IMG/VR virus record: IMGVR_UViG_3300045988_082360 | Strand: one strand, 5' to 3' | Origin: a virus | Length of the DNA stretch: 63,050 bases | Shown here: piece after piece, positions 33,701-40,852 of the stretch | How positions within the stretch are numbered: position 1 is the first letter of the stretch | Layout: each line of letters begins with the position of its first letter | The notes under the pieces: model-generated | Database searches by the model: none | Seen by the model: only the letters and a program-made list of their open reading frames with translations | Told to the model about the DNA's origin: nothing | Translations under genes and position numbers: made by a program

Positions 33701-33729
33701 TTTGCACTCTTACGAGGGGAGGACGTAGC

Positions 33730-34251
33730 GTGGCACGGCCTTACACTGAACAGCAAGTTCTCAAGAAACTGGATATTCCAGATTTCAGACATTTGACAAA
33801 AGAAAAAGTCATTGCTTTTGCGACAATGGTTCCGAAAATGAACCCCGAAGTTGCAAAGAAAGCTCTTGAGCAATTTCCGAACTTCGCTTCGACTTCACTT
33901 GATGTTTTGAAAGAGTACCGCAGCATCATCCAGGAAGCGATGGAAGACGATCGAGAGAGTATGCGCAGTTGTTACGATATGTATAACCGCGTGATGGATT
34001 CTCTTGAAAAAATGCTGGACAACGACGACCTGACATTTGAGCAGAAGACTTATATTCTCAATCAGATGCAGGAAGTTGCCGCAGCGGTAGCGGATAAGGA
34101 CTCTGAAAAATCGAGGAACCGTTTGAAGCTCATTGGGGTTATCGGCGGCATAGCTGCTGCCATTGTCGCGGCTTTGGCTTCGAGTCTTGGAGGTAACATC
34201 GCACTGAAAGAAAGCAACAACATTGATGATGACAACATAACGGATTTATGA
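33730..34251 (+). CDS. hypothetical protein with C-terminal TM
   Basis: GAGGGGAGGA precedes GTG 33730. The protein is helical, and its C-terminus contains LIGVIGGIAAAIVAALASSLGG. Confidence 0.45.
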   Translation: MARPYTEQQVLKKLDIPDFRHLTKEKVIAFATMVPKMNPEVAKKALEQFPNFASTSLDVLKEYRSIIQEAMEDDRESMRSCYDMYNRVMDSLEKMLDNDDLTFEQKTYILNQMQEVAAAVADKDSEKSRNRLKLIGVIGGIAAAIVAALASSLGGNIALKESNNIDDDNITDL

Positions 34252-34266
34252 GAAAGGACAGACAGC

Positions 34267-34389
34267 ATGAGTAAAGGTAACGGAAAGCGTAGCACTTGTG
34301 GACTGATCCTCGATGTGATACTTACTTTCTGCACAGGAGGTCTGTGGCTGATTTGGATACTCATTCGGTATCTGCGAAATAATAGCTGA
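34267..34389 (+). CDS. 40-aa membrane peptide
   Basis: The product is MSKGNGKRSTCGLILDVILTFCTGGLWLIWILIRYLRNNS. A terminator follows. The ORF is below the track cut-off. Confidence 0.4.
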   Translation: MSKGNGKRSTCGLILDVILTFCTGGLWLIWILIRYLRNNS

Positions 34390-34405
34390 CCCTCTGGATA
34401 TTTGA

Positions 34406-34440
34406 CCGAGACGCTTGAAAAGGTGTCTCGGCTTTTTTTA
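34406..34440 (+). terminator. intrinsic terminator
   Basis: Stem CCGAGAC...GTCTCGG followed by CTTTTTTT. Confidence 0.7.
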
Positions 34441-34455
34441 TGCCCTTTTTGGCTT

Positions 34456-34483
34456 CCGCAGAAAAAACAGGGTCTTTTATGGA
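34456..34483 (+). promoter_or_regulatory. 28-nt conserved motif, copy I (heads the operon containing the polymerase-like gene)
   Basis: CCGCAGAAAAAACAGGGTCTTTTATGGA. Confidence 0.6.
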
Positions 34484-34549
34484 GAAGAGAGAGATGTGTT
34501 ACACATTTCCCTCTCTCCATTTTATTTTTTGTCGAAAGGAGGTCATTTC

Positions 34550-34849
34550 GTGGCCAGAAGTTCCAGACTTGAGAGCGGATTTCAAGACCGTTTAATCGAG
34601 TCATTGAAAGCGTTGTTCCCTGGATGCATGGTTTTCAAGATGGACCAAATTCAGGGACTTCCCGATCTGTTGATTCTTTATGGCGAGAAGTGGGCCTCCC
34701 TCGAATGTAAGAGGTCTGCGACAGCTAAGAAGCGCCCAAATCAGGACTACTATGTCGAGAAGATGAACGATATGTCATTCTCTCGCTTTGTGTGTCCGGA
34801 AAATAAAGAGGAGGTATTGAATGAACTTCAACAGGCATTCCAACCTTGA
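34550..34849 (+). CDS. VRR-NUC / PD-(D/E)xK nuclease
   Basis: AAGGAGG precedes GTG 34550. It carries the D...E-x-K arrangement GLPDLLILYGEKWASLECK. Confidence 0.55.
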   Translation: MARSSRLESGFQDRLIESLKALFPGCMVFKMDQIQGLPDLLILYGEKWASLECKRSATAKKRPNQDYYVEKMNDMSFSRFVCPENKEEVLNELQQAFQP

Positions 34850-35378
34850 AGGTCAGCACGCCTTCCTTGGTGCAAGTAAGTATCACTGGATCAATTACAC
34901 CGATGATAAAATCGCGGACTCCTATGTGAGATTTCTGGCAACACAGAAAGGAACTGTTCTTCACGCATTCGCCGCTCAGTGTATTCTTTTGGGGCAGAAA
35001 CTTCCCAAGTCTCAGAAGACTCTGAACATGTATGTGAATGACGCTATCGGTTATAAGATGACGCCGGAACAGATCCTCTACTATTCCCCGAACTGTTTCG
35101 GAACGACCGATGCGATTTGTTTCCGAAATAATTTTCTTCGCATCCATGATTTGAAGACCGGAGAAATTGATGCTCACATTGAACAGTTGGAGGTCTATGC
35201 CGCTCTGTTCTGTTTGGAGTATCATATTCGTCCAGCCGATATTGAAATGGAACTGCGTATCTACCAGCACGACCAAATTCTGTACCATAAGCCGACTGTC
35301 GAAGATATTCTGCCAATCATGGACAGGATCATCACAGCCGACAAGGTCATCAACAAAATTAGAGAAGAGGAGGGTTAA
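34821..35378 (+). CDS. PD-(D/E)xK (RecB/Cas4-like) nuclease
   Basis: It contains GASKYHW..., GTTDAICF...LRIHDLKTG and QLEVYAALF. Confidence 0.45.
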   Translation: MNFNRHSNLEGQHAFLGASKYHWINYTDDKIADSYVRFLATQKGTVLHAFAAQCILLGQKLPKSQKTLNMYVNDAIGYKMTPEQILYYSPNCFGTTDAICFRNNFLRIHDLKTGEIDAHIEQLEVYAALFCLEYHIRPADIEMELRIYQHDQILYHKPTVEDILPIMDRIITADKVINKIREEEG

Positions 35379-35381
35379 GCT

Positions 35382-38072
35382 ATGGACCTCGTAGAGGAAG
35401 ATATTCTGATGCACTATGGCGTCAAACGGCGCTCTGGGCGCTATCCGTGGGGTTCCGGTGATAACCCTTACCAACATGGCGGCGACTTCCTGGCTCGCGT
35501 TGAAGAGCTTCAGCGGCTCGGCAAAACTGAAAAACAGATTGCTGATGAACTTCATCTTTCGACGACTGACTTGCGGATGCAGGTTCGCGTCGCAAAGCAT
35601 GAACGCCGTGCTCTTCAGGCAGATCGTGCCCGTTCTTTGCGGGAAGACGGTAAGACGCTGGATGAGATCGCCTCAATCCTCGGTTATGCGAATGACTCTT
35701 CTGTTCGCGCACTGCTGAATGAGAATACGGCAGCCAATAAGAATAAGGCGCAAGCCACGGCAGAGATTCTGAAGAAAGAGCTTGCGGAAAAAGGAGCCAT
35801 TGATGTAGGCACCGGCGTTGAGCGGCAGCTTGGCGTTTCTACCGGTGTTCTTCAAGAGGCTCTTTTCATTTTGGAAACAGAGGGCTATAACCGCTATGGC
35901 GTCGGCGTTCCCCAGGTAAACGACCCGAAGAAACGCACGATCACCCCCGTTATTTCCGTTCCTGAGATTGACCAGAGAGAGGTTTATCAGAACCTTGATT
36001 TGGTGAAGTCTGTTGGCGACTACCATTCTACTGATGGTGGCGAGTCTTGGGACAAGCGTGAGTATCCGGCGAGCATTGATTCCAGCCGTGTGAAGATCCT
36101 TTATGGCGATGAGGGTGGCGCACTGAAAGACGGTGTCATTGAGATCCGTCGCGGCGTTGCTGACCTTGATTTGGGAGACTCTCACTATGCTCAAGTTCGT
36201 ATCCTTGTGGATGGTACTCATTACCTCAAAGGAATGGCGATGTATTCTGACGATATGCCCGATGGCGCAGACATTGTCTTTAACACCAACAAGCATACCG
36301 GAACACCTAAGATGGATGTTCTGAAGAAAATTCAGGATGATCCCGACAACCCTTTCGGGGCTTTGATTAAGGCTAATGGCCAGAGTCACTATATCGACGC
36401 CGCCGGCAATGAGAAGCTTTCTGCGATCAACAAGCTGAAAGAAGAGGGCGACTGGGACAAGATGAGTAAAAATCTTTCTTCCCAGTTCCTTTCCAAGCAG
36501 CCCATCCAGCTTATCAAGAAGCAGTTGGATTTGACTTACGCTGATGCTGCTGACGAGTTCTCGGAGATCTGTTCTTTGAACAATCCCACCGTAAAGCGGA
36601 AGCTCCTGTTAGACTTTGCGGATGAGTGCGACTCGGCTGCTGTCCATCTGAAAGCGGCCGCTCTCCCTCGTCAGAGCACTCAGGTCATTCTTCCGCTGAA
36701 TGCGATGAAAGAGACCGAGATCTTCGCCCCGAACTATCGTGATGGCGAAAAGGTCGTACTAATTCGCTATCCGCATGGTGGTACCTTTGAGATACCCGAG
36801 CTTACGGTCAATAACAAAAACCCGACTGCCGTTTCCGTTCTCGGAAAGAACATTCGGGATGCTGTTGGTATCAACCCTAAGGTTGCAGAGCGTCTTTCTG
36901 GTGCTGACTTTGATGGCGACCAGGTCGTTGTCATTCCTACCGGTGGGAGGGTGAAGATCCAATCTACCCCCGCCCTTAAGGATTTGAAAGACTTCGATCC
37001 TAAGACTGATTACTCGACTGAGGGCAAGACTGGCGTTCGGCTCCTTGCAAAGGGTGCTGCTACACAGAGACAGATGGGTGAGATTTCAAATCTCATTACT
37101 GACATGACTCTGAAAGGCGCTACTGAGCCTGAGATCGCAAGAGCGGTCAAACACAGCATGGTCGTCATTGATGCGGCCAAGCACAAGCTCGACTACCGGC
37201 AGTCTGAGAAAGACAATGGTATCGCCGAGCTCAAGAAGAAGTATCAAGGCTTTGACGACGAGACTGGTCACCATGGCGGCGCCTCTACCCTCCTATCCCG
37301 TAGAAAGCAGGATGTTGAGGTACCGGAGCGTCAGGGCAGCGGTGTCATTGATCCTCTGACAGGAAAAGTCGTTTACAAGGAGTCCGGCAGAACTTATGTG
37401 GACCCCCGTACCGGAAAGACGGTAGCAGCAACCACTAAGGTTAAACGCATTCTCGCAGTTGATGATGTTCGTTCGATGTCTTCTGGAACGCTTCAGGAAG
37501 AGGCCTATGCCGACTATGCCAACAAGATGAAAGACCTTGCCGACAAGGCCCGTCTTGAATACAAGGCTACCCCTACTCTGAAGCGCTCTGCCAGTGCGGC
37601 CAAGGCCTTTGAACCCGAAGTGAACCGCCTTATGGCTGCTCTCAAGGTCGCGCAGTTGAATGCTCCTCTTGAACGAGAAGCTCAACGAATTGCAAATGCT
37701 CGTGTAAAAGCAAAGGTTCAGGCAAACAACATTACTGACAAAGATGAGATTTCCAAGATCCGTCGTGCTGCCATCAGTGATGCCAGAAATTCTACTGGCG
37801 CAAGCGGAAAGCGAACTCGCATTACAATCAGCGATGGCGAATGGACTGCAATTCAGTCTGGTGCAATTTCAGACACAACCTTGAGCGAGATCTTGCGCTA
37901 TGCCGAACCGAAAACTGTAAGAGAACGAGCAACGCCGAGAAGAACAACGCAGTTGTCCGATGCTCGCATTAGCAGAATCAAAGCAATGGCAAATTCTGGT
38001 CACACAAATGCTGAAATCGCTGAAGCATTGGGAATTTCGACTTCTGCTGTTTCCAAGTATCTGAATTCATGA
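35382..38072 (+). CDS. YonO/RdRP-like two-barrel RNA polymerase candidate with N- and C-terminal HTH segments
   Basis: It contains VVLIRYPHGG (R462, nt 36765) and SGADFDGDQVVVIP (DFDGD at nt 36906-36920). HTH-like segments are GKTEKQIADELHLSTTDLRMQV, GKTLDEIASILGYANDSSVRALL and GHTNAEIAEALGISTSAVSKYL. Confidence 0.55.
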   Translation: MDLVEEDILMHYGVKRRSGRYPWGSGDNPYQHGGDFLARVEELQRLGKTEKQIADELHLSTTDLRMQVRVAKHERRALQADRARSLREDGKTLDEIASILGYANDSSVRALLNENTAANKNKAQATAEILKKELAEKGAIDVGTGVERQLGVSTGVLQEALFILETEGYNRYGVGVPQVNDPKKRTITPVISVPEIDQREVYQNLDLVKSVGDYHSTDGGESWDKREYPASIDSSRVKILYGDEGGALKDGVIEIRRGVADLDLGDSHYAQVRILVDGTHYLKGMAMYSDDMPDGADIVFNTNKHTGTPKMDVLKKIQDDPDNPFGALIKANGQSHYIDAAGNEKLSAINKLKEEGDWDKMSKNLSSQFLSKQPIQLIKKQLDLTYADAADEFSEICSLNNPTVKRKLLLDFADECDSAAVHLKAAALPRQSTQVILPLNAMKETEIFAPNYRDGEKVVLIRYPHGGTFEIPELTVNNKNPTAVSVLGKNIRDAVGINPKVAERLSGADFDGDQVVVIPTGGRVKIQSTPALKDLKDFDPKTDYSTEGKTGVRLLAKGAATQRQMGEISNLITDMTLKGATEPEIARAVKHSMVVIDAAKHKLDYRQSEKDNGIAELKKKYQGFDDETGHHGGASTLLSRRKQDVEVPERQGSGVIDPLTGKVVYKESGRTYVDPRTGKTVAATTKVKRILAVDDVRSMSSGTLQEEAYADYANKMKDLADKARLEYKATPTLKRSASAAKAFEPEVNRLMAALKVAQLNAPLEREAQRIANARVKAKVQANNITDKDEISKIRRAAISDARNSTGASGKRTRITISDGEWTAIQSGAISDTTLSEILRYAEPKTVRERATPRRTTQLSDARISRIKAMANSGHTNAEIAEALGISTSAVSKYLNS

Positions 38073-38088
38073 AAGGAAGTGAGAGAAA

Positions 38089-38355
38089 ATGGCTCAATCA
38101 TGCGCGCTGACTACGACAGATAATCCGTATGATCCCTTTACCCAGTACGATGCTTGGTATCGCTTTGATGAAGGCAAAGGCTATCACTCTTGCGCCTACC
38201 TGGCCCGTATAGCCAGGACCTCTGATCAGCTTTCAGATGCTGAAAACGAACAGGAACTTGAGCGTGCCATTGACGACATCATCAAATACGATCCACTTGG
38301 GATCTACAAAAAAGTAAAAGCAGACACAAAGGATTCGCCTCCCGTGAGTGCATAA
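38089..38355 (+). CDS. conserved-looking small phage protein
   Basis: The pattern is TTTDNPYDPFTQYDAWYRFDEGKGYHSCAYLARIA. RBS GGAAGTGAGAG is upstream. Confidence 0.45.
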   Translation: MAQSCALTTTDNPYDPFTQYDAWYRFDEGKGYHSCAYLARIARTSDQLSDAENEQELERAIDDIIKYDPLGIYKKVKADTKDSPPVSA

Positions 38356-38852
38356 AGGCTTTAGCAGTCTCTTTCGCTCAAATCGGGAGGTTTTATCTTT
38401 GGCTCTGCTTTTGCAACACAATAAGTTTTAACTCCTAATCACCTTTTGCTTAGCGAGACTGCCTTGCTCTCCAAAAGGTATAGGGGGGGGTCGCAAAAAC
38501 AGCACCCCCTCTGCATCGCGGCGGTCTTTGAAAATTCTCCGGGGGATATTTTTGAAAAATATTTTTCGGGGTTGGGGGCAGCCGGCGGGAGTTTTGGGCG
38601 ACGAGACAGGGTTTGAACGGGCCCACAGGGCTGATATTTCACCTCCTGATGTGTTCTTCTTTCCATGGAATTGCCACGACCGGGTCATGCAAGTGCTTTC
38701 TCTACCTCCATCTTTCATTTGGGGATTTCTCCTTTCAACTTGTTCAGCCAGTCAGTTCTGTGGGTTCTTTCAAGCCCTGTCTCAAAGTCCAAATAAGTAA
38801 TACAAAACACAGTGCATACCATGATCAAACACAGCGAGAGGAGGTGGCAAGG
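38356..38852. other. 497-nt gene-free region upstream of the terminase genes (candidate cos/pac or late control region)
   Basis: It has a G8 run at 38483-38490, several G4-5 runs, and a palindrome ATATTTTT-G-AAAAATAT at 38546-38562. ORFs predicted here have non-protein-like sequence. Confidence 0.35.
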
Positions 38853-39188
38853 ATGGCAAAGGCTGCAAGATCATCTGAGAAAGTACCTAAATCCCGTGCG
38901 GCTCTTACTCCTGAAGCAAGAGAGAAGCAACTGATTGCCTTAGCCATTGATGTTGCCGAAGAGCAGATGCGCAACGGCACTGCTTCCTCTCAGGTGATTT
39001 CCCATTTTCTGAAACTCGGCTCCACCAGAGCCCAGATCGAAAAAGAATTGCTTGAGAAACAGAGGGATCTTGCCGCGGCAAAGGCCGAAGCAATCGAGTC
39101 CTCCGCCAAGATGGAGGATCTGTACCTCAAGGCGGCCAAGGCTATGAAGAGCTATCAGGGGCAGGAGGACGAAGAGGATGAATATTAA
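38853..39188 (+). CDS. putative terminase small subunit
   Basis: GAGGAGGTGG precedes ATG 38853. The 111-aa protein is helical (LIALAIDVAEEQMRNGTASSQVISHFLKLGS). It sits at the head of the packaging block. Confidence 0.4.
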   Translation: MAKAARSSEKVPKSRAALTPEAREKQLIALAIDVAEEQMRNGTASSQVISHFLKLGSTRAQIEKELLEKQRDLAAAKAEAIESSAKMEDLYLKAAKAMKSYQGQEDEEDEY

Positions 39189-39594
39189 AAGCTATTCAGA
39201 GCTTGTTCTTCTTCCAACCTTTAAAGATCGCTTTGAGTATCTTCGGCTTGACGGCATCGTCGGCGAAACGACTTTCGGCTTCGACCGTTATATGAACCAG
39301 GTCTTTTACAGGTCGCTGGAATGGAAGAAGATCCGAGACGCGGTGATTGCAAGAGATCTTGGCTGCGACCTTGGCATCGAAGGTCATGAGATATTTGGTC
39401 GAGTCATCATTCATCATCTGAACCCGATTCGGCAGAGAGATCTTCTGGAACGGACAGACATTCTGCTCGACCCTGAGTATCTCATCACAACGACCCATGA
39501 GACGCATCAGGCAATTCACTACGGTGACAAAAATCTGTTGCTCACCGAACCACCGCAGCGGACAAGGAATGATACCTGTCCCTGGAAACATTAA
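39178..39594 (+). CDS. HNH endonuclease
   Basis: It contains CDLG...HEIFGRVIIHHLNPI...THETHQAIHYG. Confidence 0.65.
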   Translation: MNIKSYSELVLLPTFKDRFEYLRLDGIVGETTFGFDRYMNQVFYRSLEWKKIRDAVIARDLGCDLGIEGHEIFGRVIIHHLNPIRQRDLLERTDILLDPEYLITTTHETHQAIHYGDKNLLLTEPPQRTRNDTCPWKH

Positions 39595-39613
39595 ACCAAA
39601 GGAGGAACCGACT

Positions 39614-39922
39614 ATGCAGAATAATCCTCGCAAGCAGGACATCATTCAGGAGCTTCGCGATAAGCGTCAGGATGTGACGGAACTCTGCACTGAGGCAGAA
39701 ACGGTCAATGAGCCGCACACTGGCTCTGGTATTGTTACGGACTGTCTCTATCTGAATGTGCGTAAACTGCCTGACATCAACGCAGATGTTGCGGTCGTCG
39801 TTGACGCGCTGACGCAGGTCTGCGTTGACTTGGATGCGTCCACGGAAGACTTTTACAAAGTTCGCACTTCTGATGGGGTCGAGGGCTTTTGTATGAGAAA
39901 GTACATTGCCCTTTCCAAGTAA
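39614..39922 (+). CDS. hypothetical protein (SH3-like C-terminus)
   Basis: It contains GIVTDCLYLNVRKLPD...FYKVRTSDGVEGFCMRKYI. Confidence 0.4.
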   Translation: MQNNPRKQDIIQELRDKRQDVTELCTEAETVNEPHTGSGIVTDCLYLNVRKLPDINADVAVVVDALTQVCVDLDASTEDFYKVRTSDGVEGFCMRKYIALSK

Positions 39923-39933
39923 GGAGTGCATCT

Positions 39934-40308
39934 ATGGATACGACTGAAAGCATCCTGACATCAGTGAAGAAGCTTCTCGGAATTGACGAGAGCTACACTC
40001 ACTTTGACGCCGACCTCATCATGCACATCAACTCCGTCTTTTCCATTCTTGGACAGATGGGAGTTGGCCCAAAGAAAGGCTTTGCCATTTCAGGGGCTGA
40101 TGAAAAGTGGTCTGACTTTCTTGAGGATGACCCCGGTCGGCTTGCCCTTGTAAAATCTTATATGCACCTTAAAGTTCGGCTGCTTTTCGACCTGCCTACC
40201 GCTTCCTCTGCTGTTGACGCGATGAACCGTCAGATCAGCGAGTTTGAGTGGCGGCTTTTCGTGGCGGCCGATAATGCTGCAAGAGAGGAGGAAAGTCAAA
40301 ATGGATGA
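39934..40308 (+). CDS. head-tail connector (gp6-like) protein
   Basis: It contains ILTSVKKLLGIDESYTHFDADLIMHINSV...LVKSYMHLKVRLLFD. Confidence 0.5.
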   Translation: MDTTESILTSVKKLLGIDESYTHFDADLIMHINSVFSILGQMGVGPKKGFAISGADEKWSDFLEDDPGRLALVKSYMHLKVRLLFDLPTASSAVDAMNRQISEFEWRLFVAADNAAREEESQNG

Positions 40309-40846
40309 ACTTTGCCACTATGGCATCAAAGGCCAGAAATGGGGCGTTCGCCGTTTTCAGAATTCAGACGGCAGTTACACCTCTGAGGGAAAACGCCGCG
40401 CTCAGCAGCAGGAGAAGAAAGATCCTGTGAAAGAGATGAAAGATGAAGACCTTAGAAAGGCAATCACTCGGTTATCTCTGGAAAACAAATATAAGGATCT
40501 GACCAAAAAGCCGACCCCGCCCTCCAAGCTTGAGTCGACCAAGAAAGCTGTGGATGCCACTTCCGAGCTTGTTAATCGGGCGAAGAAGATGGATCAGGAC
40601 AGCCGCAAGGCTGCGAAGAAAGAGCGGATGGACCTGAGCAAGAAGACCGACAAGGAGCTTCGCGACCAGATCAACCGTGAGCTTTTGGAACGGCAGTACA
40701 ACGATCTGTTTGCCAAGGAGTCGGTGTCCAAAGGCCGCCGCTATCTTTCCGATGTGCTTGACAACGCAGGAACGGTTTTGGCTGTCGGCAGTTCGGCTCT
40801 GAGCATTGCTCTCGCAATTCAGCAGTTGCAGAAGAAGGCGGGGTAA
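40301..40846 (+). CDS. HYGIKGQKWG-motif protein with coiled coil and C-terminal TM
   Basis: The N-terminus is MDELCHYGIKGQKWGVRRFQNSDGSYTSEGKRR. The C-terminus contains AGTVLAVGSSALSIALAI. Confidence 0.5.
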   Translation: MDELCHYGIKGQKWGVRRFQNSDGSYTSEGKRRAQQQEKKDPVKEMKDEDLRKAITRLSLENKYKDLTKKPTPPSKLESTKKAVDATSELVNRAKKMDQDSRKAAKKERMDLSKKTDKELRDQINRELLERQYNDLFAKESVSKGRRYLSDVLDNAGTVLAVGSSALSIALAIQQLQKKAG

Positions 40847-40852
40847 TACTGA

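Noticed and set aside
33183-33873. Minus-strand ORFs 33183-33392 and 33322-33873, and the N-terminal extension of + ORF 33619-34251, within the gene-free control region.
   Set aside because: Their translations are low-complexity (F/K/L-rich), lack RBSs, and are generated by the iteron and AT-rich repeats. The + ORF has a good RBS only at GTG 33730.
38401-38435. CTTTTGCAACACAATAAGTTTTAAC as a late-region copy of the 28-nt motif.
   Set aside because: It shares only the TTTTGCAAC core with copy E. The CGCA box and TTATGGA are missing, and the spacing does not fit.
38428-38852. ORFs 38428-38718 (-), 38439-38666 (-), 38528-38800 (+) and the 5' extension of 38613-39188.
   Set aside because: The sequences are Pro/Gly/Phe-rich and non-protein-like, driven by G/C tracts. 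The only start with an SD is ATG 38853.
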